Positions 27,943-38,342 of a stretch of 64,000 bases of DNA are shown piece after piece. The DNA lies in NCBI GenBank assembly GCA_963805495.1, contig CAWDUQ010000002.1:164138-228137 (forward strand), read 5' to 3'. The DNA comes from an uncultured Acidobacteriota bacterium. Its GTDB lineage: Bacteria > Acidobacteriota > Thermoanaerobaculia > UBA5066 > Gp7-AA6. Each line of letters opens with the position of its first letter. The stretch's first letter is position 1. The notes under the pieces are model-generated. The model worked only from the letters and a program-made list of their open reading frames with translations. It searched no databases and had not been told where the DNA came from. Made by a program: the position numbers and the translations under genes.

Positions 27943-30900
27943 ATGTTGACAGTGAGGTGTGATGTGCTACGCGCTCGGCGAATGGAGCCAACGCTGTTGG
28001 TGGCTTTCGCCATCGCAGCGCTGACCGTACGGCCCCTCGCGGCGCAGACTTATCAGGTGCTTCACAATTTCGAACCGGTGCCGCCAGCCCTTCCGCTCGC
28101 AGGGCTGATAGCAGATTCGGTAGGTAATCTGTACGGTACGACGGTAAGCGGTGGGGTATGGGGCCACGGGACAGTATTCAAAGTCGACACCTCAGGCGCG
28201 CTGACGATCCTTCACAACTTTGGCTACTCCGAAGGGACCGGTCCGTGGGCGTCGTTGATTTGGGACGGCTTTGGAAACCTGTATGGAACGACTTGTTGCG
28301 GCGGCGCCGGCGGTCGTGGAACCGTGTTCAAGTTGGACAGCACGGGGGACCTCACGGCGTTGCATAGCTTCAGTGGCGGCGACGGCGCCGCTCCAACGGC
28401 CGCCTTGATTTCAGATGCCTCGGGAACCTTTATGGGACGACGTTGACTGGTGGCGTGGGTGATCACGGAACAGCGTTCAAGGTTGATCCTTCGGGCACGC
28501 TGACTACACTGCATGCATTTGGCGGCCCTGACGGTGACCAGCCGTGGGGAGCGCTGATCCGGGACGGTGGGGGCAACCTCTACGGGACGACTCTCTACGG
28601 TGGCGCTGGAGATCTCGGGACGGTCTTCAAGCTGGACATAGCTGGAACGCTGACGACGCTGCACGCGTTCGACGGCTCAGACGGGATTGTCCCGTGGGCT
28701 TCTCTGATTCAGGATGGCGCGGGCAACTTCTACGGCACGACGGCATACGGGGGCGTGAACGGGCGAGGAACCATTTTCAGGCTCGACCCCTCTGGGACCC
28801 TAGTCACCCTCCACAGTTTTTCGGATTCAGAGGGGGCAGTCCCGAGCGCCGGACTCCTCCGAGACGGGGCCGGGACTCTTTACGGGACAACCACCTTGGG
28901 TGGCGCAAGCGATCTCGGGACGGTGTTTGCGCTCGACACGTCTGGATTGCTAACGACGCTCTACGGCTTCAGTGGTCTCGACGGTAGCGCGCCTGAAAGC
29001 GCTCTAATCCAGGACAGTTTCGGCAACCTCTATGGGACGACGTACACGGGTGGCTCAGGCGGAGGTGGGACCCTCTTCAAGCTCGGCGCCAGCGGAGGAC
29101 TGACCACGCTCGTCACGTTCAACGACTCGGACGGTGCGTACCCGGCCGCTGCCTTGATTCAGGACGCCTCGGGCAACCTTTTCGGCGGAACGTCGTACGG
29201 CGGCGTGAACGGTGACGGAACGATCTTCAAGCTCGAGTCGTCTGGGGCGTTGACGGTGCTGCACAGGTTCAGCCGTTTTGTCGACGGTGCCAGCCCCTAC
29301 GCGGCACTTTGCCAAGACGGCCTGGGAAACCTTTACGGAACGACCGTCCTCGGTGGCGTGGGAGACAACGGAACGATCTTTAAGCTCGATGGCTCGCAAA
29401 CACTGACGAGGCTGCATAGCTTCAGCGGCTCGGGTGGCTCCGTCCCGATCGGCGCTCTGATTCAGGACGCCTCGGGAACCCTCTACGGCACAACTGCGAG
29501 CGGCGGGGCGAGCGGGATGGGCACGGTCTTCAAGTTCGACACGTCAGGAGTGCTGACTACGATACACAGTTTCACCGGTTCTGACGGTGCGGCTCCAGAT
29601 GCCGGGCTGATTCGGGACGGCACGGGAAACCTCTACGGAACGACCTCCGGCGGTGCAAGCGGCCATGGAACAGTTTTCAAGCTGGAACCCGCCGGATCGC
29701 TGACGACGCTACACAGTTTCAACGGTGCAGACGGGTCTTCTCCGTCGGCCGCCCTGATTCAAGACGGCTCGGGCAATCTATACGGGACGACTGCCAGCGG
29801 CGGCGCAAGCGGCTTCGGCTCTGGAACGGTTTTCCGGCTCGACACCGCAGGGACACTGACGACGCTGCACACCTTTGACGGCTCCGACGGTGCCAACCCC
29901 CGAGCCGCACTGGTCGGGGACGGCTCCGGCAACCTTTACGGGACGACTGTGGGCGGGGGGGGGGTGGGCTCTGGAACGATCTTCAAGCTCGACTCGGCTG
30001 GGATTCTGACGACACTGCACAGTTTCGACAAGTCCGATGGCGCTTTCCCGCTGGCTGGCTTGATGCAAGACACCTCTGGCAATCTCTTCGGCACGACCTC
30101 GGGAGGAGGCACGAACGGAACCGGCGTCGTCTTCTTTTTCGGAACGGCCACCGCGCCTTTTGCAGTTTCGGCTATCGACCCAGCGTCGGCCCCAGCGTTC
30201 CCCGAGACGTTCGTGAGGGTCGCGGGAGCGGGATTTCTGAGCGGGGCAACTCTCAGTATCGGAAGCGTCGTGGCCACGAACACCGCCGTCGTCGACTCAA
30301 CGAAGATTGAAGCGTCGACACCCGCGCTTTCGCCCGGAACGCTGAATGACGTTGCGGTTTCAAACCCGTGGTCATCGCCGACGGTTCTGGCCAAGGGCTT
30401 TTTCGCGGACTTCCTCGACGTGACGCAGGCAGACATCTTCCACAACGACGTTGAAAAGGTGTTCCGAAACGGCATCACCGCGGGATGTGGGGGTGGCAAC
30501 TACTGCCGGAATAGTCCGGTCACGCGCGCCCAGATGGCCGTGTTTCTGTTGAAGGCCGACCACGGATCCGCCTATCTACCGCCAGCGTGCTCGGGTATCT
30601 TCCCGGATGTCGAGTGCACGCCGTCACCCGCTTTTGCGGTCAACTGGATCGAGCGGCTCTACAAGGAAGCGATCACCGGCGGGTGTGGCGGGGGCAACTA
30701 CTGTCCTGGCAACTCCGTCACGCGCGCTCAGATGGCGGTTTTCCTCCTCAAGTCGGAGCATGGGGCGACCTACGTGCCGCCGCCGTGTACCGGCATCTTC
30801 CCCGACGTTGAGTGCACGCCGACACCCGCCTTCGCCGTCAACTGGATCGAGCAGCTGCACAACGAAGGCATCACCGGAGGCTGCGGTGGCGGCAACTACT

Positions 30901-30968
30901 GCCCGGGCAACTCCGTCACCCGTGGCCAGATGGCGGTGTTTCTGGTCAAGACGTTCGGTTTGCCGTGA
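27943..30968 (+). CDS. Secreted GloVer-type (Gloeobacter/Verrucomicrobium tandem repeat, 'choice-of-anchor') beta-propeller repeat protein with three C-terminal SLH-like domains. One frameshift near 28,425.
   Basis: Signal peptide MEPTLLVAFAIAALTVRPLAAQ. About 17 tandem repeats of about 46 aa (LTTLHSFsGsDGa.P.aaLiqDasGNLYGTT..GGa.G.GTVFKLd.sG). An IPT/TIG-like domain. Three copies of FPDVEC/FHNDV...W/FIE.L...GITGGCGGGNYCPGNSVTRAQMAVFLLK. ORF-track pieces are 27943..28446 and 28443..30968. Confidence 0.7.
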
Positions 30969-30974
30969 CGGGCG

Positions 30975-31015
30975 AAAGGACGGCCAAGGACCACGCGGCT
31001 CAGTCCTTGCCGTCC
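30975..31015 (+). terminator. Imperfect GC-rich hairpin just after the stop of the GloVer gene (aaggacggccaagga...tccttgccgtcc); no U-tract
   Basis: Inverted repeat ggacggc(c)aagga / tccttgccgtcc, 7 nt beyond the TGA at 30966-30968. Confidence 0.3.
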
Positions 31016-31145
31016 GTGTCTCCGCTCCTCAGCGGTGAATCGTCAGGTTGTCCACAGAATGACGCTGGCGCCACCGACCCGACAAGGAAACAGAGCCGTC
31101 GATCTGGAGAGCCCCGCGCTGACGCTGTTTGAAAGGAGAATCGAA

Positions 31146-31952
31146 ATGGAACCATTCCGAACCCCTACAAATGCCCCTACCAGACAGCGACGACTAGGCA
31201 TTGCGACCTTCGCACTAACACTCCTGTTTTGTCAGCCGCGTCGCGGCCTGGCAGACCCCCCCCGGTAAGCCCCCGAAGGCCACGGACATCCCCGTGACGA
31301 CGACGATCAGCGACGAGGATTCGGACGGAAACACCTACACCGTTGCGAGCGAGGGCGGGGCACCTACTTCAACGGGGTGGACAACGTCATGGCGATCCTG
31401 ACCTGCAACGGTTACAACGGAATCAAGAATGGCGACTGGCAGTTCAACAAGCCCGTCAGTGGCAAGAAGGGACAGCGGCAAAACGGACGCGGGATCACGA
31501 TGAGTCTCAACGTTTCCGACGCGGTCCAAGTCGGTGACCCGCACTATACGGCGCCGGCCGCCCCTCCGTACTGGGGCAGCGCGACCCTGTACGGCTATTC
31601 GGAGGTCAAGTGCACGTTGGTAGGCAAGAGCATGCTGACGATGGCGTCCGACACGGCAATGACTTGTCCTCTGCTGATCAACTTCTTCCCGGGAAATCCG
31701 GAGGTCGGCTACGGCCTGAATCCCGCGCACTCTGTCAATAACTTTCCCGAGGTCACGGACGCTCAGATCACTTGCGAATCAGCGGACTCCGGTGGCTGCA
31801 ATTCGTGGTCCATCGAGCCTTATGCCAACCCCGACCCCTGGGATGGTCGAGATCCGTTCGAAGCCGTCGGACGTTTGGTCCCGCACTCGAACACGAGCAT
31901 CAACAAGGGCGACTTCTACATGCGGTTCCACATTCACGTGACTCGGCCTTAG
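31146..31952 (+). CDS. Small secreted hypothetical protein, about 270 aa if intact. Split by two homopolymer frameshifts: a C8 tract at 31256-31263 and a G4 tract near 31358.
   Basis: Good SD (AAAGGAGAAtcgaaATG). N-terminus MEPFRTPTNAPTRQRRLGIATFALTLLFCQP is a signal peptide with an RR motif. The reading frame continues across the C8 run into ...KPPKATDIPVTTTISDEDSDGNTYTVASEGG and then into the ORF 31377..31952. Local GC is visibly lower than the flanks. Confidence 0.45.
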
Positions 31953-32023
31953 AGCCAGCGTAGTTTCCAGCAAGGGTCGGGCCCGGAGCGACGACACGCC
32001 GCGGCCCGACCCCTTTTTTGCGC

Positions 32024-32890
32024 CTAACTGCGGGCGCGTCCGGCGGCGGTGGCGAGGGCGCGTTTCGCCAGCACCGTGGCGAGGTTGACGCGGAACTCTC
32101 CGGACGCGTAGTGGTCGCTCAGGGGATCCTCGAGGGCCGCAGCGACCTTGGCGGCGGCGGCCGCGATCGAGGCATCGCCCGGCTTCTGCCCGGTGAGCGC
32201 GGCCTCGGCGGCCGAGGCGCGAACGGGGGTGTGCGTGACGCCGCCGATGACGAGGCTCGTTCGGGCGACCTTGCCGTCTTTGATGTCGACGATGGCCGCG
32301 ACGCCGACGACCGCGTAGCGGGACGCCGGGTGCGGATGCTTGAGGTAGGCGCCGCCGGTGCCCTTGCCGGAGGCCGGCACGAGGATGGCGGTGAGGATTT
32401 CGGTCGGCTTGAGGGCGGTCGTGAAGAGGTCGAGGAAGAATTTCTCGGCCGGGATTTTCCGCGCGCCCTTGTGCTCCCTTGACGAGGATCGTCGCGCCGA
32501 CGGCGACGAGCACCGTCGGGAGGTCCGCCGCCGGATCGGCGTGGGCGATCGATCCGCCGATGGTGCCGCGGTTGCGGACCTGGATGTCGCCGATCTGGGC
32601 GGCGGCCTCGGCGAGGATGGGGCAGGCCTTTGCACCGCCGCGGAGGCCGCGATCTCGGCGTGGGTCGTGGTGGCGCCGATCTCGAGCGTCTTGCCCTTCG
32701 CCTTGATGCCGGAGAGGCCCTTGATGGCGCCGATGTCGATCAGCGCTTTGGCCGAAGCGAGGCGAAACTTCATGGCGGGAAGGAGGCTGTGGCCGCCGGC
32801 CAGGACGCGCGCCCCCCGGTGCTTCTTCAGGAGCCGCGCCGCTTCGGAGAGCGTCTTCGGGCGGAAGTACTCGAAGTGCGAGGAATACAT
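32024..32890 (-). CDS. coxM: CoxM-like FAD-binding medium subunit of a xanthine dehydrogenase/CODH-family molybdoenzyme. It contains two compensating single-base frameshifts, near 32,630 and 32,467.
   Basis: N-terminus MYSSHFEYFRPKTLSEAARLLKKHRGARVLAGGHSLLPAMKFRL (FAD_binding_5), with SD ggaggtaaga before the ATG. Between the two frameshift sites the conserved sequence KACPILAEAAAQIGDIQVRNRGTIGGSIAHADPAADLP is encoded in another frame. The C-terminal part (IPAEKFFLDLFTTALKPTEILTAILVP, the CO_deh_flav_C domain) is back in the original frame. Confidence 0.65.
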   Translation of the reverse strand: MYSSHFEYFRPKTLSEAARLLKKHRGARVLAGGHSLLPAMKFRLASAKALIDIGAIKGLSGIKAKGKTLEIGATTTHAEIAASAAVQRPAPSSPRPPPRSATSRSATAAPSADRSPTPIRRRTSRRCSSPSARRSSSREHKGARKIPAEKFFLDLFTTALKPTEILTAILVPASGKGTGGAYLKHPHPASRYAVVGVAAIVDIKDGKVARTSLVIGGVTHTPVRASAAEAALTGQKPGDASIAAAAAKVAAALEDPLSDHYASGEFRVNLATVLAKRALATAAGRARS

Positions 32891-32892
32891 TC

Positions 32893-35244
32893 TTACCTCC
32901 GCGCGTCCCGGATCGCGCGCCACACGCGCTCGGGCGTGAGCGGCATGTCGAGCTTCGTGACGCCCAGGGGAGCGAGGGCGTCGATGACGGCGTTGTAGAC
33001 GGCGGGCGTGGAGGCGATCGTGCCGGTCTCGCCGATTCCCTTGACGCCGAGCGGGTTCACGGTGGTCGGCGTCTCGGTCATGCCGAGCTCGAAGACCGGG
33101 AAGGCGTCGGCTTTCGGGAGAGCATAGTCCATCATCGAGCTCGTCAGGAGCTGGCCGGCGTCGTCGTACGCCGCGCCCTCCCAGAGCGCCTGGCCGATGC
33201 CCTGGACGATGCCGCCGTGGATCTGGCCCTCGACGATCATCGGGTTGATGACGCGGCCGCAGTCGTCGACGGCGACGTAGCGCTCGAGCTCGATCTCGCC
33301 CGTCTCGGCGTCGATACGCACGACGGCGGCGTGCGCGCCGAAGGGGTAAACGAAGTTGGACGGGTCGAAGAAGGCCGAGGCCTCGAGTCCCGGCTCGAGG
33401 CCGCTCGGGTAGTTCCAGGCGACGTTCGCCATCAGGGCGATGTCCTGGATGGTCTTCGACTTCGAGGGCACGCCCCGTACGGAGAACTTCCCGTCGGCGT
33501 ACTCGATGTCCTCGACCGCCGCCTCGAGAAGGTGCGCCGCCACGATCTTCGCCTTCTCCTTGATCTTGCCGATCGCGCCCATGAGCGCGCCGCTGCCGAC
33601 GGGCGTCGAGCGGCTCCCGTAGCTGCCCCAGCCCATCGGCGTCTGGGCCGTGTCGCCGTGGAAGACCTCGACATCCTCGACGGGGACGCCGAGCTCGCTC
33701 GAGACGATCTGGGCGAACGTCGTCTCCTCGCCCTGGCCGTGCGGCGAGATGCCGACGAAGACGTTGACCTTCCCGGACGGGTGGAAGCGCACGATCGCGC
33801 TCTCCCACAGCCCGCCGCCGAAGCCCACGGCGCCGGCGACCTGGGAGGGTCCGAGGCCGCAGATCTCGGCGTATGTCGAGAACCCGATGCCGACGTGCTC
33901 GCCCTTGCGGCGCCGTTCGTCCTGCTTGCGGCGCATTCCGCGGTAGTCGAGCATCTCGAGAAGCTTTTCCAGGGAGCCGGCGTAGTTGCCGGAGTCGTAC
34001 GTCAGCCCCGTGGCCACGGTGTGCCCGTCCGTGAAGGGCGGGATGAAGTTCTTCTTCCGGAGCTCCACCGGGTCCATCTTGAGCTTGCGGGCGAGACGGT
34101 CCACCAGGGTCTCCACCATGAAGATCGCCTCGGGCCGCCCCGCCCCGCGGTAGGCATCGGTCGGAGTCGTGTTGGTGAACACGCCGAATACGTCCTCGTG
34201 GATGTTCTTGATGTCGTAGGCGCCCGAGAGCATCAGGCCGTGGAGGATCGTGGGGATGCCGGTCGAGGCCGTCGAGAGGTAGGCGCCCAGGTTCGCCCAG
34301 ACCTTCGCGCGCAGGGCGAGGATGGTGCCGTCTTTCTTCGCGGCCATCTCGACGTCCTGGATGTGGTCGCGGCCGTGGATCGTCGAGCGGTAGTTCTCGC
34401 TTCGGGTCTCCGTCCACTTGACCGGGCAATCCAGCATCTTCGACGCGAAGATCACCATGGTGTCTTCCGGGTAGTGGGGGATCTTGGAGCCGAAGCCGCC
34501 GCCGACCTCGGGCGCCACGACCCGGATCTTGTTTTCCGGGATGCCGGTGTCGAGCGAGAGGAGGAATCGGACGATGTGGGGGTTTTGCGACGTGACCCAG
34601 AGCGTGACGTCGCCCGAGCCCGACTGGTAGTTCGCCAGGGCCGCCCGCGGCTCCATGGCGTTGGGGATGAGGCGCTGGTTGATGATGCGTTCCTGGACGA
34701 CGACGTCGGCGGCCTTGAAGGCCGCGTCCACGTCTCCGCCGGAGACCTTCCAGTGAAAACAGACGTTGTTCGGCGCTTCCGCGTGGAGCTGCGGCTGCCC
34801 CTTGCCGGTCGCCTTCTCCGCGTCGGTGACCGACGGCAGCGGCTCGTAGTCCACTTCGACGGCATCGGCGGCGTCCCGCGCGGCGTAGCGGTCGGTCGCG
34901 ACGACGATCGCGACGGCGTTGCCGGCGTAGCGGACGACGTCGATGGCGATCGGGAGATAGGCCGGGGTCTTCGTGTCGGACCCGGGGACGACCCACGCGC
35001 AGGGGATCCCGCCGAACCCGGCGTCCTTCATCTGCTTCCCGGTGAAGACGCCGAGGACGCCCTCCATCGCGGCGGCCTTCTTCGTGCGGATCGCCTTGAT
35101 CCGGGCGTGGGCGTAGTGCGACCGGACGACCGCCATGTGGGCCATGTTCGGAAGGACGAGGTCGTCGGTGTACTTCGCCTGTCCGGTGATGAGCCGCGGG
35201 TCCTCGCGGCGCTTGACGCGGGAGCCGAATGCGGGCGTTGCCAT
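32893..35244 (-). CDS. coxL: Molybdopterin-binding large subunit of a xanthine dehydrogenase family enzyme. It is a form-II CoxL-like protein with the active-site loop AYRGAGR, not a bona fide form-I CO dehydrogenase.
   Basis: 783 aa. Ald_Xan_dh_C and C2 domains. The motif [14 protein letters not shown] distinguishes form II from the form-I AYXCSFR motif. GQGHETxxAQ-like region present as [14 protein letters not shown]. Confidence 0.8.
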   Translation of the reverse strand: MATPAFGSRVKRREDPRLITGQAKYTDDLVLPNMAHMAVVRSHYAHARIKAIRTKKAAAMEGVLGVFTGKQMKDAGFGGIPCAWVVPGSDTKTPAYLPIAIDVVRYAGNAVAIVVATDRYAARDAADAVEVDYEPLPSVTDAEKATGKGQPQLHAEAPNNVCFHWKVSGGDVDAAFKAADVVVQERIINQRLIPNAMEPRAALANYQSGSGDVTLWVTSQNPHIVRFLLSLDTGIPENKIRVVAPEVGGGFGSKIPHYPEDTMVIFASKMLDCPVKWTETRSENYRSTIHGRDHIQDVEMAAKKDGTILALRAKVWANLGAYLSTASTGIPTILHGLMLSGAYDIKNIHEDVFGVFTNTTPTDAYRGAGRPEAIFMVETLVDRLARKLKMDPVELRKKNFIPPFTDGHTVATGLTYDSGNYAGSLEKLLEMLDYRGMRRKQDERRRKGEHVGIGFSTYAEICGLGPSQVAGAVGFGGGLWESAIVRFHPSGKVNVFVGISPHGQGEETTFAQIVSSELGVPVEDVEVFHGDTAQTPMGWGSYGSRSTPVGSGALMGAIGKIKEKAKIVAAHLLEAAVEDIEYADGKFSVRGVPSKSKTIQDIALMANVAWNYPSGLEPGLEASAFFDPSNFVYPFGAHAAVVRIDAETGEIELERYVAVDDCGRVINPMIVEGQIHGGIVQGIGQALWEGAAYDDAGQLLTSSMMDYALPKADAFPVFELGMTETPTTVNPLGVKGIGETGTIASTPAVYNAVIDALAPLGVTKLDMPLTPERVWRAIRDARR

Positions 35245-35254
35245 GGCCGCCCTC

Positions 35255-35728
<474 letters not shown>

Positions 35729-35775
35729 GAACTGCCTCCCGCTGAGTGGCGGGAGTCTAACACCGCGATGCGAGG

Positions 35776-36225
35776 CTACGCCTTCCCCTCGATCTCCTCG
35801 CGCACCTTGTCGAAGAACGCCGACGTCAGCTTCTTCGTGACGCCGCCCATGAGGCGCGCGGCCATGCTCGCGACCGTCCCGACGACGTTCACGTCGGCCG
35901 TCCACGCGAGATCGGTGGCGCCGTCCTGACCGTCGGTCAGCGTCATCGACGTCGTCGCGTCGACGCCCGAGCCCGGCGCGGTGCCGTGCGCCTTCATGCG
36001 GGCCATGTTCGGCGGATCGAGCTCGACCCACTCGACGTCGTTGACGAAGCGGACCTTCACCGCGCCGAAGCCGACCGAGGTCGTCGCGCGGAATTTCTTC
36101 CCCGGCTCGACGATCTCGAGTTTCTCGAGGCCGGGCGCGCTCTTGGCGACCTTGTCGGGGTCGGTCAGGTAGTCCCAGACGGCCGCGCGGGGAGCCTTGA
36201 TCGTGACCGTGCCGTCGAACTTCAT
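35776..36225 (-). CDS. coxG: CoxG-like SRPBCC-family protein (carbon monoxide dehydrogenase subunit G family)
   Basis: [42 protein letters not shown]...; 149 aa, the typical CoxG size and fold signature. Confidence 0.6.
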   Translation of the reverse strand: MKFDGTVTIKAPRAAVWDYLTDPDKVAKSAPGLEKLEIVEPGKKFRATTSVGFGAVKVRFVNDVEWVELDPPNMARMKAHGTAPGSGVDATTSMTLTDGQDGATDLAWTADVNVVGTVASMAARLMGGVTKKLTSAFFDKVREEIEGKA

Positions 36226-36233
36226 GTCCGGTC

Positions 36234-37256
36234 TCAGTACCCGGCGAGGGCCCTCGCCGCCTTGCAGACCTTCTCGGAGTTCGGGAGAAAGAACTCCTCG
36301 AGCGGAGGCGAATAGGGGACCGGGGTATCGGGCGCCGTGACGCGCACGAGCGGCCCGTCGAGATACTCGAAGCAGCGTTCCGAGAGCACGGCGGCGATCT
36401 CGGCGCCGATCCCCCCGGTGCGCGTGGCCTCGTGGAGCAGGATCGCCTTGTTGGTCCGGGCGACCGACTCGAGGATCGTCTGCTCGTCCAGGGGAAAGAG
36501 CGTCCGCAGGTCCACGACCTCGGCGTCGATGCCTTCGGCCTCCAGCGTTTTCGCGGCCTCGAGCGCCGTCCACACCATCGCGCCGTAGGTGATGATCGAG
36601 AGGTCGCGCCCGGCGCGGCGAACGGCCGCCTTCCCGATCGGGACGACGTAGTCTTCGGAGGGAAGCTCCTCCTTGATGCGCCGGTAGAGAAACTTGTGCT
36701 CGAAGAAGAGCACCGGGTCGTCGTCGCGGATCGCCGCCTTGATGAGCCCTTTGGCGTCGTAAGCCGTGGCCGGCTGCACGATCTTCAAGCCCGGCGTGTG
36801 TGCGAAGTAGGCCTCGGGATTCTGCGAGTGGAACGGACCGCCGTGGACGCCGCCGCCGGACGGGCCACGGATCACGAGGGGAACGCCGACGCCGGTGCGG
36901 TAGCGGGACTTGGCGGCGAAGTTCGTGATCATGTCGAAGGCGCAGGAGATGAAGTCGATGAACTGCATCTCGGCCACGGGACGCATCCCCATCATCGCGG
37001 CCCCGACCGCGGCGCCGACGATCGCCGTCTCCGCGATCGGCGTGTCGATGACCCGGTCCTCGCCGAACTCGCCGATGAGGCCGTCGGTGACCTTGAAGGC
37101 GCCGCCGTAGACGCCGATGTCCTCGCCCAGCAGGAATACCCGCTCGTCGCGGGCCATCTCCTCCCGGAGCCCTTCGCGAATCGCTTCGACGTAGGTGGTC
37201 TGGCCCTTGACGGCCGGGCCGCCGGCATCGCCACCGAAGTGGGGAGCGCTGCTCAC
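36234..37256 (-). CDS. 2-oxoacid (pyruvate/branched-chain/acetoin) dehydrogenase E1 component beta subunit
   Basis: [56 protein letters not shown]...: transketolase-like pyrimidine-binding and C-terminal domains. The GTG start overlaps the E1-alpha stop (GTGA). Confidence 0.85.
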   Translation of the reverse strand: MSSAPHFGGDAGGPAVKGQTTYVEAIREGLREEMARDERVFLLGEDIGVYGGAFKVTDGLIGEFGEDRVIDTPIAETAIVGAAVGAAMMGMRPVAEMQFIDFISCAFDMITNFAAKSRYRTGVGVPLVIRGPSGGGVHGGPFHSQNPEAYFAHTPGLKIVQPATAYDAKGLIKAAIRDDDPVLFFEHKFLYRRIKEELPSEDYVVPIGKAAVRRAGRDLSIITYGAMVWTALEAAKTLEAEGIDAEVVDLRTLFPLDEQTILESVARTNKAILLHEATRTGGIGAEIAAVLSERCFEYLDGPLVRVTAPDTPVPYSPPLEEFFLPNSEKVCKAARALAGY

Positions 37257-38269
37257 GGCCGCCTCCGGGCGATCGATCCCGACGGCGACGGCGCGGCCGG
37301 GGCGGCGGGGCGGGCGTAGACGCCCTCCACCGCGAACTCCGGCGCCGGCAGGGGGCTCGCGTCGGCGCGCTCGACATCGCGGTCGACCTCTTCGGCGATC
37401 GCCTGGTCGATGGCGGCGAGCTCGTTCGGCGAGGCCGCACCCGATTCGACGAGGGCGGCCGAGTAGCGCGCGATCGGATCCTTCTGCTTCCACTCCTCGA
37501 GCTCCGCCTTCGGGACGTAGGCCTGCGCATCGTGCTCGGCGTGCCCCTTCATGCGGTAGGTCATGGCCTCGACGAGCGTCGGGCCTGCGCCCGAGCGCGC
37601 CCGATCGACCGCGCGCCGCGCCGCGGCGTAGACCGCGAGCACGTCGTTGCCGTCGACCTGCTCTCCCGGGATCCCGTAGGCGGCAGCCTTGTCGGCGAGG
37701 CAGCGCGCCGCGGTCTGTTTGCGGAAGGGGGTCGAGTACGCCCAGCCGTTGTTCTCGGCGATGACGACGAGCGGCAGATTCTGCACCGCGGCGAAGTTGA
37801 GGCCCTCGTGGAAGGCCCCGGTCGAGGTCCCCCCGTCGCCGATCCAGGTCATCGTGACCAGGTCCTTCTTCTGCATGCGCGCCGCGAGCGCGATCCCGGC
37901 CATGACCGGCACGAGGGCGCCGAGCATCGAGATGGGGGAGATGACACCGCGGTCGGGCCGCCCGAAATGGAGGTTGCAGTCCTTGCCGCCCGACGGCGAG
38001 GTGGCGCGGGCCATGTACTGGGTCATGACGTCCCGGGGCGTGTAACCCATGACGAGCACGACGCCGAGGTTGCGGATGAGCGGCCCGACGATGTCGCCTT
38101 TGCGCAGAGCGTAGGCCGTTCCGACGGACGTGGCCTCCTGGCCGAGCGAGCGGTAGAGGCCGCCGACGACCTTTCCCTGGCGGTAGAGGTTCACGAGCCG
38201 CTCCTCGACGACGCGGTTCAGCCGCATGAAGCGATAAAGCTCGAGCTTCTGTTCGCGGGTCAGGTCCAA
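37253..38269 (-). CDS. 2-oxoacid dehydrogenase E1 component alpha subunit (TPP-binding)
   Basis: MDLTREQKLELYRFMRLNRVVEERL...YRSLGQEATSVG...TWIGDGGTSTGAFHEGLNFAAV...IAENNGWAYSTP. This is the TPP motif GDG-(x)n-N. Confidence 0.85.
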   Translation of the reverse strand: MDLTREQKLELYRFMRLNRVVEERLVNLYRQGKVVGGLYRSLGQEATSVGTAYALRKGDIVGPLIRNLGVVLVMGYTPRDVMTQYMARATSPSGGKDCNLHFGRPDRGVISPISMLGALVPVMAGIALAARMQKKDLVTMTWIGDGGTSTGAFHEGLNFAAVQNLPLVVIAENNGWAYSTPFRKQTAARCLADKAAAYGIPGEQVDGNDVLAVYAAARRAVDRARSGAGPTLVEAMTYRMKGHAEHDAQAYVPKAELEEWKQKDPIARYSAALVESGAASPNELAAIDQAIAEEVDRDVERADASPLPAPEFAVEGVYARPAAPAAPSPSGSIARRRP

Positions 38270-38342
38270 GCAGGCTCCAGAAACCGGGAGTCTACACGAC
38301 GCGGATTCGCGCTCGGCGACGACCGGCGCTTATCATCGGGGC

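Noticed and set aside
32024-34996. 990-aa ORF on the minus strand spanning coxM and most of coxL
   Set aside because: Its C-terminal 290 aa are the real coxM. The remainder is an out-of-frame read-through across coxL, with Arg/Pro/Gly-rich low-complexity translation typical of GC-rich off-frame ORFs. coxL itself (32893-35244) is clearly encoded in another frame.
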